Under the pieces are notes generated by a model. The model saw nothing but the letters and a program-made list of their open reading frames with translations. It was not told the origin of the DNA and searched no databases. DNA of 64,000 nt from Chiloscyllium plagiosum. Its lineage: Eukaryota. Positions 47,986 through 60,042 of the stretch are shown here, in pieces (position 1 is the first letter of the stretch; every line of letters starts with the position of its first letter). Position numbers and translations under genes: made by a program. Location: positions 11,097,263-11,161,262 of the forward strand of contig NC_057728.1 in the NCBI RefSeq assembly GCF_004010195.1, read 5' to 3'.

Positions 47986-50900
47986 TCTCCTATTGCCGCA
48001 TGACGGTATGTGCTGACAACTTCCTGATGGACATGTGGTCAAAGGTGCTTTTCTTTGCAAATTTCTCCATGAGATGATACGGAATGGTCTGTGCTTTTGT
48101 CAGAATAGTGTGGGATCTCTTACACCTGACCCAAGGGGGTAGGATTTGGTTTGAGGGGGGCCTTTGGCAGAATGCACCTTCCAAGCGCGGGCAGCCTTTA
48201 CTCAGTGTGGCATGATATCAGCAGCTGGATTGTGTGCTTCAAATTTCCAGAGTGGAGCTTGAACATGTGAGGTGTGTGCTCCCACTGAGCCACAGCATGC
48301 AAGGTTTGTTATCACTCTCCAGCCATTTTAAATTACTACAATTTGCATTCTTCCCTTGTGTTTTGTGAAGATTCATCACCTCTCAACAGCCAGATAGTCA
48401 AAATAATAATTAGTTCTATCAATCAAAGGGATGGAACCAGAACACCAGTCAAGTCCTGGCACAAAGCCCATCGACATTTTCCTGGCAATTTCTTACTGCC
48501 TGCAGCAATTGCAAACAACTAATTACACCTTTTTTTTAAAAAACACAAATTTCAAACTGCATAGACTATTCAGCTACCAGTTAAATGAAACTGATTTGAT
48601 TAACTTCTGATTACAATAATTCACAATACCCAACCCCCAGCATATCCCTTTGCCTCTAGCAGCTGCCTGTAGATAATGTATGTATATTTGTTTCAGTTCC
48701 TCTATACAAAGCCAAGAATCCAGTTATAAAGAAATATAACAACGGTTCCATTGTAAATCTGTGCTGTTAGCCAGTCTGTTTCCATAATGAAAACAATGAG
48801 ATCTTACTGTTTAAAGCTTTGATAGGGTGTCATTGTCATTTTCATCGCAGTAATTCTCACCATGAAACACCATGAAAGATATTACAAAATCTTATGTTTT
48901 GTAGAAATGTTCAAAGAATTGTAGCACACAAGAGGACCATTCACCCATCATGTCTGTGCTGGCTGAGAAAAGTGTTAACTAATGTAATTTCGCTTGGAGC
49001 TCCATAAAGTGCATATCTGAGTACTGTATTTTTTAAATAAATGGCTTTACCACCTTTACACACAGTGGTTTACAGAGCCTTACCAGCCTATAATTCTTCT
49101 ATCAAAAAGGTTAAGTCAAAGCTCTTTAGTAGCTGACCTCACAACATTAGAAACAGGTCCTTCCTGTCTACTCCATCCAGGTCCCTCAATTATAAAATTC
49201 ATACAAATGTATGAATTGTATATTTTGTTCCTGATATAGTTAATACAGGGGAGCAAAGGGCTCATCAGAGACATTACTGCAGACTGGTTATTTGGGTGAA
49301 TTGAACATTTGAGCTTTCATTTAAAGGAGTAAAAAAGCAAGCTTTCAACAAGTGACTGAAAAGAAAATTGCAATTACCAAAACTCGAGCAGTCATGTTTG
49401 TGTTCGAAAACATTTGTCAAGTGACTGTCAATACTGGACAGTTTTCTCAGGGGAAAGCAGAAAGAACAAGGAGACAAGTGAATAGCACCTGTAACAAGAT
49501 AAGAGAGGCACCTACTCCACCTGGCCAGCCACAAATACCCCGCTTCTGGGATCACTGCTGCTTCAAGCACGCAGCCAAGTCTAAATGAAGATTTAATTGT
49601 ACCAACAGAGTGAATGTTTGTAATTGTAACCTTAGGACCAGCATATAAATAAGATACATAATAATTCAAACGATTTATGGTGCATGTAAAATAACTTCAA
49701 TAGACCGTGATGCTCTTAACCAGCTGTTGAGCGGTTTCATGTCTTCCTGTTTGTTGAAGCCAGAATCAAACTAACATGAAACAACTGACAAGTAGGAAAG
49801 ATTCTAGCTGTCTGTAAAGTGACCAACAGATACTGAGCCAAGGGTGCAGCTGAAACAAAACCCAAAGGGTAGACGTCAGTACAGATTAATCCACAATATG
49901 TTTTAAAACAGACAATGTAACAGCAATGTAGAATTAAAGCATTAATTAATGATTCCAGCGTAGGGCTGGAAGTGCTAGGTTTGGAGTTGTATTTTTCATT
50001 GTTCCAGCAGTAAAAAGGTTTCTCCTGACTTCTTATTGGATTTAAAAAGGACGTCACTTAATCATTAACATTTTTTTTAACATTACTGACTACAATAAAA
50101 AAGGTCAGATTAATGTTTCAAATGCATTGTTTTAATCATTCATTTGATTTTTAATTAAAAGACAGCAAAAAATGATTCTGGTACTAGTCTATCTTCACAA
50201 TTATACAAACTAGGACTGGATCTTTAAAACACTGAGAGCCTTTAAAGAAGTTAAATCCTCCATGGTTAATATCTGCTTAAACTATTTCAGGTAATAGTGA
50301 ATTTCACTTTAGAAAGCTTAACAGAATTGACATGGCCAGTCTAACTTTAACAACAGTTGACAAGCATAGCATTGCATCATCTTTACATGCTGGTGAAATG
50401 GCGAAGGCTTGTAGTTAGTTTGAGAGTATTTACACGGAAAGCAGCAGACTCTGGCTTATGCTCCAGAATTTTGGATGCTTACTCTCTGTCATAGGGTAGA
50501 CCTTGTTGACTACAAGATCCTTGATTGGGAAGGCCTGGCCGACCGATATAATTGGGGGGGAGTTTTAGAATCTCCTCAGTCCAGGGACTGACTGGCTGGC
50601 CACCATCAATGTACTGTGCACAAGTACATAAAGGGTGACTTGGTGATGGGATACCAGAAAACAAAAAAGATTAATGATTATGACATACTTGACAAAACAT
50701 CACCCAATTGAGATCATACAGACAGCACTTGAATCCCTATAGACAAAAACAGAATACTTAGCAAGGTATCCACTTCAGTGGGTTAAACTGGGCATGTCAT
50801 TATAGAGCTTTGTAGGTATATAAATTGAAGAAATCAATGCATTCCGCTGGTGTGCATGTTAACAGTGCAAACTAAGTCCTCACACCTGCACCACCTAAAT

Positions 50901-51857
50901 CTTTAAACGGAATTAGTGAGAAAATGTACTGGTACCTATGTAATTAGAGAAGCCACTATCATACATAAGATCAGCTTTAATTACCATAAAGAAAATGTGA
51001 GTGATTCACACAGATGACCCCAATGTGACTAAGGTTTGAATGAACACACTTATTTCAACTTACCATGCTCAAAATGTTGAGCATTAAACTAGGGGTGAGG
51101 GATATGGAGTGATAGCTGGTATGCATTCCTATTTGCAAGCTTACAAATACCTTTCACCCTTTTCAAAGAGAAGATGGCCACCAGAAACTGGAACTTGCTG
51201 CTAATTTGATGATGCAAAGATTAGCAACCAATCTCTTAAAAAAAAATGACATCATCAGGAATGTTCACTTTAATCTCCCTTAAAGAATCCCACAGCCTGG
51301 TGAGCTGCAAAATGCATAGAATTCAATCGATCTTAGACTCCCACTTCAAGGGGAGAGTAGGTAAGGGGAAATTCAACCCATCAACCATCAGAAAAGTTCA
51401 CATCATTTTACAGTATGGGAGGGGAGCTACTTGGTGTCCATACCTTTTTGAAAGTCATTCTACAGAAATACTTCGTGGTGTTGTTTTTTTTTCAGACATT
51501 TCCATGTGTATTGGTATGTTTTCATGGTAGTCACAATCCTACAACACAATACAGCTTGCCAACATGTCACCACATCCTGGTGCTTACATGCCCATTATTA
51601 CGCTTCATAAATTCCAGTGGATCTGGATAATTTTCTTGATTCTAGAGGCTGTTGCAGGTAGTCACTGGTTGTTGTTTTATAACGGTTCAAATGATGGACC
51701 TATGACATCAGACGATGAGACCGCATAGTCGCTTTTAAACATCTATGCAGTTCGGTCTTGTGGTTAAAAGTTTAAACAAACAACTGCATCAATGCTTGCA
51801 AGGATAATATAAATGTTGCTTTTCTGTTCTAGCAGCTCCCTCCATTTGTAGGATTGT

Positions 51858-52450
51858 AGAGTTAAACGGCACGGAGACAGACCCTTTGGTCCAACTCATC
51901 CACGCTGACCAGACATCCCAATCTGACCCAATTTGCCAGCATTTGGCCCACCCCCTCTAAAACCTTTCTATTCATATACCCATTCCGGTGCCTTTTAAAT
52001 TCTGTAATTGTATCAGCCTCCACCACTTCCTCTGGCAGCTCATTCCATACGCGCACCACCCTCTGTGTGATAAAGTTAGTCCACTGGTCCTTTTTAAATC
52101 TTTCCCCTCTCACCTCAACCCCATGTCCTCTAGTTTTGGATTCCCCCGCACTAGGCAAAAGAACCTGGTTGTTCATCCTATCCGTGCCCCTCATGATTTT
52201 ATAAACCTCTTAGGTCACCTCTCAGCCTCCAACACTCCAAGGGAAAAAGCCCCAGCTTATTCAGCCTCTCCCTATAAGTCAAACCCTCCAATCCCTTATA
52301 AAGCTTTTCTGCACCCTGTCAAGTTTAACAACATCCTTCCTATAGATGGGAGACCAGAACTGTACAGTATTCTACAAATGGCCTCCCCAATGTTCTGTAC
52401 AGCTGCAACATAATGTCCAAATTCCTATACTCAATGTTCTGACCAATGAA
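51858..52450 (-). mobile_element. CR1 (HER1-like) 3' fragment
   Basis: GESKTRGHGVEVRGERFKKD..TQRVVRVWNELPEEVVEA. Confidence 0.88.
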
Positions 52451-53354
52451 TTGCATTCACTGCTTTATGGGATCCTAAATTCTGCAATCTCCTGTAGCAG
52501 TGTCACCATTTGAGAAATTTGTTTTCCTCCAATTATGACTTCTGACCTCCTGCCCCTGCAGCTGGCTAATAAGGATTCAGCTGCTGGCTCTGAATTTTGA
52601 ATTTCCCTAAACTCTTTACCTTCCTCTCCTCATGTAACCAAGTTTTTTGGCACCTATACAAATATGTCCATATGCAACACGGTGGAAAATTCGATCTAAC
52701 AATGCCATGATTTGCCTTGGGATCTTTTGCTATCTTAAAAGTACGATATAAATAAAAGTTGCTGTCAACGCACATTTCACTGATGGTAGTACTCAGTTTT
52801 CTGACCTTCAGGCCTCCCTCTCATATTTGAAGGTGGAGACTTTTGTCTGGTTCGATGGGCAGTCGAGATGCTGGAGTGGTATAGCCAATTTCAGGTGCAA
52901 GCTCACACAATGAGGGCTGACAGGTTTGGTACCCACAGGGCATGGCAGCAAGCAGCACCTTACACATTTCCAATGGAGACCAGCTGACAATGTAGGCCGT
53001 GGACCCTGGTTTTCCTTCTCCTTAAACGGCAGGTAGTGATTCCAATTGGAGCACTGCTGCAGCTTAGATCAGTGACTGGTGAGCAGAGGTGCCTTCAACA
53101 GAACAAATCAGCAACTCCATTCTTGAAGCAGGTGATTGATGAGATCCACTTCTTGGAGCTTGATGTTCAACTTTACACTTTATAAAATACGTAGATTTCT
53201 GAGGCATGTCAAGTGCATCAATTATTTTGTTAAGCGATGGCAAAAAGAAAATCGACAGGGAGTATTTGAAGTTCAGTGCATCAGCTGCATATCTTTAAGT
53301 GGTGTTGGGGACTGTTTGCCTGGAATATGAGGCTTCTCACCCCTACCTTTCTCT

Positions 53355-53755
53355 GTCACTATAGGCCATGCATGACGGACAATAACACTGTTTCTGTGGA
53401 CCAGGCAGTGGCACTGATTGCAGCACTGCCCTTAAAACAGAAATTTCTGGAGAAACTCAGCAGGTCCGTGGAGAAAAAGCATAGTCAATGTTTCGGGTCC
53501 AGTGACCATTCTTCAAAACTGCTCTGTGCTTGTAGGACAGACAGCAATGTTATGACAGGCAACAGCACGCCAACTGTAGGCCATGCATGATGGACAGCAA
53601 CACTTGACTGTAGTCTACAGCAGCACTGTTACTGTAGGACATGGATACATCTGCACCGTGACTAGCGTTTAGGGGACAGACAACAGTCTATCACTGTAGG
53701 GGGTGTAGAAGTCAACGGATATCCTGAAGGACAGACAAACAGAACACTGGCTATC
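53355..53755. repeat. Degenerate minisatellite (unit resembling actgtaggacatggacagcaac), interrupted by a family C fragment at about 53433-53520
   Basis: Recurrent actgtagg / ggacagacagca / acagcaacact motifs. Confidence 0.55.
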
Positions 53756-53789
53756 CGCTCTGATCAAAACAACACGACATGATAACTCA

Positions 53790-53985
53790 AGAAAAACTGA
53801 ATCAATTGTGGACGCTGTAAATCAGAAACCAAAACAGAAATTGCTAGAAAAGCTCAGCAGGTCTGGCAGCATCTATGGAGAGAAATCAAAGTTAAGAGTT
53901 GAGAGGAAGGGTCACTCGACTTGAAACGTTAACTCTGATTTGCCTCCACAGATGTTGCCTGACCTGCTGAGCTTTCCCACAACAA
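53790..53985. mobile_element. Palindromic PLE-end element (family C)
   Basis: aaagctcagcaggtctggcagcatct / agatgttgcctgacctgctgagcttt arms; gaggaagggtcactcgacttgaaacgtt. Further family C remnants near 7660, 30605, 31160, 37545, 39865 and 56460. Confidence 0.8.
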
Positions 53986-55488
53986 AACGTTTTACTTTTG
54001 AAAACTTCTTCAAACATCACTGTAACCTTTGTTAGAGTTTAATTGACTTTTTCAAGAAGGGAGTCATGAAATGAAAAGAAAAAGAAAGTTTCCCAAAGCT
54101 ATTCCAAACATACATATTATCAAGAACAATCAGAAATAATGAGAGAATTTGCCATTTAACAGAACACTAAAAAGGTACTGTACACCAGAAATAACAAGAT
54201 TCATTCCTCATTTAAGAGTTCCACATAACCAGAAAATTGCACTGAATATTAACATAAATATTCCTGCATACTTCTGGGCCTGTGATTTAAGATCATAGGA
54301 GAACTCACCCAAAACATACACACTGCCCACAAGCTCAATTTACTTAACCACCTGTACTCAGATGCACCTGCACATCAGCCCAGCTGAGCAGAAAGTTACC
54401 CCTGTAAAACCAAACTGTTTTTCCATGTTCCCTCATCTGATTCCCTGGTGATAACTGATAGCATCTCTCACCACTGTTTAATCACAACACAAGGTAAATA
54501 CTACTTTTTGATCAGTGACATACTTTGCTAACACAAATTCTCTCCTTGCTTCGCAGCCCAGAAAACATTTGCACACCTGAAAATGCGTTGTCTTTGTTTT
54601 AATAGATCAAGTGCAATAATAATATTGAGCATGGCTGATAGGAGTTTATCCAAACCTGGCTGTGAACTGTAATGATCCTGACTGGTAGCAATACTGGCTA
54701 AAAGAGATCTTCGAGTGAAATCTGGTTTGAAAGGCTATTGGTTTTTATCTTGGCAATTTGGTTAACATTGTGATCAGACACTGAACATATTCACACCAGG
54801 CTGCTAATGCACTTTTAAGAAGAATGCAAGCTCAGTACACAAAAAGAAAATAAAGCTAAATGTATACAATATAGAAAGATATTGTCATAAACACTGAAAA
54901 GGTTCAACCTTTTTTCCCCTGAAATATCCTTTACAGATACTCAACCCCAGTGAAATATCTACCTTGAAGTATCGCTCCTAACCTCATTTTAATATTTCTT
55001 ATTGAACTAACAAGGTCAGAAGCATTTCTTTTTGGAACATTCTTGCATATTCACCTGACAGGATTCTATGTGCTACTGCCCTCCATGGGTGATACAGACA
55101 CAGGCTAATTTCCTGACTTTTCCTTGACTCTGAGGCTGCTAAAACAGGAAGACTCCTTTCCAGCTCTGATGATCTGAAGACTTACTAAAACTCAAAAAAA
55201 CTCTGTCTTTCAGGTGAGGTGGATATTTTCTTCTGAACTCAACCCATTTGTGGCCTCTGGCTTTCTGTCTTTGCTGTAGGCCATAAAAATTTCACTTAGA
55301 AAACTCCCCAGCAATTACATGCTTTCTTATAAAGGCAGTCTTAAATTCACTGCTCTGAAGACGTTGACCCATCATTTTAAAGAAAAAGGCAGAACTTCAT
55401 AGTATTGAAAATGGAAAGCAATTTACCTTTACTTCAGAATCCAAGCTCCTAGAAGTATCAATAACGTATTATTAGTTTCCACCACACT

Positions 55489-55792
55489 GGGTGGCATGGT
55501 GGCTCAGCTGTTAGCACTGCTGCCTCACAGCATCAGGGTCCCAAGTTCGATTCCAGCCTCGCGTGGCTGCCTGTGTGGAGTTTGCACATTCTCCCTGTGT
55601 CTGCGTGGGTGTGCTCCGGTTTCCTCCCACAGTCCAAAGAAGTGCAGTTCAGGTGAATTGGCCATGCTAAATTGCCCATAGTGTTAGGTGCATTAGTCAG
55701 GGGAAATGGGTCTGGGTGGCTTACTCTTCAAAGGGTCAGTGTGGAGTTGTTGGGCCAAAGGGCATTTTCCACACTGTAGGAAATCTAATCTA
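55489..55792 (+). mobile_element. HE1-type SINE, full length
   Basis: A box tggctcagctg, B box agttcgattcc, central domain, CR1-like tail ending aatctaatcta. Confidence 0.93.
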
Positions 55793-56013
55793 TTTTAAGA
55801 TACAATGTCAATTCAGCTACAATTCTCAGAGCTACACCCTGAGCTGGCTGAAAACTCCTGCTTATATCAATTTGCATTTGCAGGTATTAAAAAGGGGAAT
55901 TTATAGTGTTCCTACAGTTTCAGAGCAGCTCACAGACATCAGTTTCCCTTGAACCAAAGTGTCTGATATAAAAACATCCTTCACCTTCAGAATACTGGCC
56001 CTTGGGAGCTTAC

Positions 56014-56118
56014 CATTCCATGACCACAATCAGTTCCATCAGCCAGTGGCATGTGCTGTGTCCGGCAACCTCTGTGTACCCCTTCCACACTCGTGCACCA
56101 CAGACGCTTACATTGTTT
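56014..56118 (-). CDS. ADAMTS20: ADAMTS20 exon: disintegrin-like domain
   Basis: ttacacag|AAA...ATG|gtaagc; [35 protein letters not shown]; 105 nt; absent from the ORF track. Confidence 0.93.
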
Positions 56119-58213
56119 CTGTGTAAAGAATGAGTTAATGTGGTAACTCTCCATCTATTTTTAAAAGTACAAAAATACATTGTATAAATTCAACGTCATG
56201 ATTGTTCAATTTATTAAAAGCAATAGCCTGACTGAATGCACTATTCTGCAAAACCTAAAAATTTGGTATGCTCAGGGGAAATGCTTTTGACCACATGTTC
56301 CCAAGTTATGCTTACCTGTGACATGTAGATCGTATTCTGCCAGGAAACAATAAATGCTCAAAGTGGCATCAGTACTTCTCATATTAAGCTCCATTTCAGT
56401 CTTGTCTTTAATTCCAACACAATATATTTGCTTTTGTTTTTATTGGACAATAAACTCATCAATCTGAAGCCCTGTTTCCTTCACCCCAGATGCTGCCTGA
56501 GTATTTACAGCAGTTGAAGTATTTATTTCAGATGTAGAACATCCATTTGCAATATGTGCTTTGAATTTTAATGTCACTCTGTGTGTTTTGATTGCTTTTT
56601 CTTCCCCAAAGGCATGACAAAGACCAATTTAAAACAAGAATCTGGACAATTTGTTTAAGCAACAAGTAGCACTGAAAAGGTCTGGCATTTACGTATGGTA
56701 TTTAAACAAAGAATTTTCCCTTCTCATGTAGGTTAAGAACCTCATGACTTCTAAATCTGCATGACAGCCAATTAATTATTTCTGAAATGCAGTCGCTGCT
56801 TGAATGTAGGGAAACACAACAGGTAATTTGAAGCACGGAAAGCTTCCATGAACTGAAATGAAATGCTGGCAAGGTATTGAGTTAATGATATTTTCGGTCG
56901 GGCAGGAGCAGGGTGGGGAGGTGACAACTAACAATTAGAACGTCAGAGAGAACACTCATTCTGAATAAGTGTCAGTCACTCTGAAAGGCTGCAAGGCCCT
57001 CAGTTGAAAGTGTTTTGCTGTTGATGACAACCCATCACAGGTGAAACAGATGAACACTATCACTATTGCAAGGACCAACTTCTGAAAAATACCACTTTTT
57101 AAAGATCAATTATTTTAAAATCAAGCTATAAATTCCTTTTCTTGCCAGAGGTTACATTAATTGCACACAAACATGGTCAGTGTCACAGTGAAAAGCAATT
57201 TAAAGTCATGAGCATATGGTATGTGTGGGGACAACACCTTAATGATCACCAATCCTGTCATTTTAATCGACATGGATACAGCAACCCACAGCATCTTGGC
57301 ATATGCCAGGGAGTAACAGCTGGGTGCGCACCCATCCAGATAGAAATTTGAGCTTAAACTTGCAAACCTGCCAGAATTTCTCTGTAATTCCAGCAGGAGG
57401 TTCCACAAAGAAACATCTGCAAAAACATGTGGTGCACAGTGATCTCCCAATCAGATTTTTGAATTCGTCAAATACATTGAACATGGTGGCTGTGGTTTTG
57501 GGCTTTAATCCATATTTGTTCTTTCCAATACTCAGACTGACCCTGAAGCAAGTTGTTTAGTACTTGTGATTAAAAAAAAGCATTGGCAAAATGACTTAAT
57601 TACTCCTACAGAGAAATATATTCACAGCAGCATAACAACATAGATCTTGGCTTCCCCTACAAAAATTATGATACAACTTTGATCTAATTTCACTGGAAAA
57701 GTTGAGAAGTAGAGGGCCTTTAAAAATGAGGTAAGGAGAGTTCAGAAACAGTATGTTCCTGCTAATGTGAAGGGCAAGGCTGGTAGATGTAGGAAATGGT
57801 AGGTGACCAGAGAAATTAAGGCTCTGGTCAAGAAAAAGGAGGCGTATGGCAGATATAGACAGCTGGGATTGAGTGAATCCCTATAGAAGTATAAGGGCAG
57901 CAGGAGGATACCCAGGAGGGCAAAAAGATGACATGAAATAGCTTTTGCAAATAGGATTAAGGAGAATCCAGAGAGATTCTATAAGGTCATCACAGGCTAA
58001 AGAATAACTAGGGAGAGAATTGGGCACCTTAAAGATCAACATGGCCATCTATGTATGAAACCACAACAGTTGGGTGTGATACGAAACAGGTATTTCATGT
58101 CAGTATCTACTGTGGAGAAAGACATGGAAGCTAAGGAACGTGGGGAAATAAACATCATGAGGTCTTGAAAAAGATTTTGTGACACAGGTGGTAGTATTGG
58201 CAATCTTAAAATG

Positions 58214-58524
58214 CATAGAAGTAGATGAGTCTCTGGTACCTGATGAGGCATTTTGCAGAACTTTGTGGGAGGCTAGGGAAAAAATTATCAAAGGGTCAGT
58301 TAGACTCGAAACGTCAGCTCTTTTCTCTCCTTACAGATGCTGCCAGACTTGCTGAGATTTTCCAGCATTTTCTCATAGAAGTAGATGAGTCTCTGGTACC
58401 TGATGAGGCATTTTGCAGGAGGCTAGGGAAAAAATTATCAAAGGGTCAGTTAGACTCGAAACGTCAGCTCTTTTCTATCCTTACAGATGCTGCCAGACTT
58501 GCTGAGATTTTCCAGCATTTTCTC
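58214..58524 (+). repeat. Near-identical tandem duplication (160 + 151 bp) of CR1 sequence plus a PLE-end fragment
   Basis: catagaagtagatgagtctctgg...ttttccagcattttct repeated at 58214 and 58374. Confidence 0.93.
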
Positions 58525-59772
58525 TTTTTTGGGAAGAAATTGTCAGGTCCCTTACTGAGAAGTTTGTATAATCAACAGCCACAGGTGAGGTGCTGGATTA
58601 TTGGAGGTTGGCAATATGGTGCCATTATTTAAGAAAGACTGTAAGAAAAAGCCAGGAAACTATCAACTGGTACGTCATATGTCAATGGTGGATAAGTTGT
58701 TGGAGGGGATTCTGAGGGACAGGATTTACATGTATTTGGAAATGTAAGGACAGATGAGAGATTGTCCTTATGCATGGGAAATTGTGTCTCACTAACTTGA
58801 CTGAGTTTTCTTTAAAGAGATGACAATTGATGAAGGCAGAGTGGTAAAAGTTGTCTATATGGACTTCAGCAAGCATTCGACAAGGTTCTGTATGGTGGAC
58901 TGGTTCGTAAGTTAGATCACATGGGATTCAGGGGAGAGGTCAACTTGATTCAAAACCGGCCTGAAGGTAGAAGACAGGGTGTGGTGGTGAAGGGTTGCTT
59001 TTCAGACTGGAGGCCTGTGACCAGCAGCATGCCACAAGGATCAGTGCTGGGTTCACTGCTTTTCATCATTTATATAAATGATTTGGATGTGAACATAGCA
59101 GGCATGGTTAGTAAGTTTGCAGATGACACCAGAATAGTGGAGAAAAGTACCTCACAGTACAAAGAGACCTTGATCAGATGGGTCAATAGGTTAAGGAATG
59201 GCAGATGGAGTTTAATTTAGATAAATGTGAGATGTTGCATTTTGGGAAGGCAAACCAGGGCAGGACATATACACTTAATGGTAGAGCCCTGGTCAGTATT
59301 GCCAAACAAAAAGATATTGGAGTGCAGTGCATAATTCCTTGAAAGTGGAGTTGCAGGTAGATGGGGTCACAAAGATGTTTGGCATTCTTGCCTTCATTGG
59401 TCAGAACATTGAGCATAGAGCTTGGGATGTCATGTTGCAGCACGAACATTGGTGCGACCACTTTTTAGAATACAGCATACAATTCTGGTCGGCCTTCTAC
59501 AGGAAGGATGTCATTAAACTTGAGAGGCTGGAGAAAAGGTTTACAAGGACATTGCCAGGACTGGAGGGTTTGAGCTATAGGGAAAGGCTGAATAGGCTGG
59601 GGCTTTTTCCCCTGAGTATCAGAGGCTGAGCAATGATTTAAAGAGTTTATAAAATCAAAGGGTTATGGATAGGGTGATAAGCCAAGATTTGGAGATGCCA
59701 GTGTTGGACTGGGGTGTACAAAGTTAAAAATTACATAACACCAGGTTATAGTCCAACAGGTTTAATTGGAAG

Positions 59773-59807
59773 CACTAGCTTTCAGAGTGTTGCTCCTTCA
59801 TCAGGTG
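59773..59807 (-). ncRNA. Minimal hammerhead ribozyme motif (sense to ADAMTS20 pre-mRNA)
   Basis: Reverse complement CAC-CUGAUGA-A-GGAG(CAACA)CUCU-GAAA-GCUA-GUG; stem II opens with a G-U pair. Confidence 0.62.
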
Positions 59808-60007
59808 ATTATGGAGGGCTCAATCCTAACACACAGAATTTATAGCAAAAAATTTACAGTGTGATGTAACTGAAATTATACGTTGAAAAATTGATTGTCT
59901 TTCTTAAGACTTAACAGACAATCAATTTTTCAATATATAATTTCAGTTACCTCACACTGTAAATTTTTGCTATAAATTTTGTGTGTTAGGATTGAGCCCT
60001 CCACTAC

Positions 60008-60042
60008 CACCTGATGAAGGAGCGATGCTCCGAAAGCTAGTG
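60008..60042 (+). ncRNA. Minimal hammerhead ribozyme motif
   Basis: CAC-CUGAUGA-A-GGAGC(GAU)GCUCC-GAAA-GCUA-GUG. Confidence 0.78.

Noticed and set aside
54668-55486. Possible second solo LTR (TGTAATGA...CACCACA)
   Set aside because: No TSD found and the right end abuts an HE1 SINE; not enough support.
55489-55560. tRNA gene
   Set aside because: The A/B boxes belong to a SINE head and continue into the SINE body; no full cloverleaf.
58240-58315. CTGATGA upstream of GAAACGTC as a chimeric hammerhead
   Set aside because: The CTGATGA lies in CR1 sequence and no convincing stem II joins it to the GAAA.
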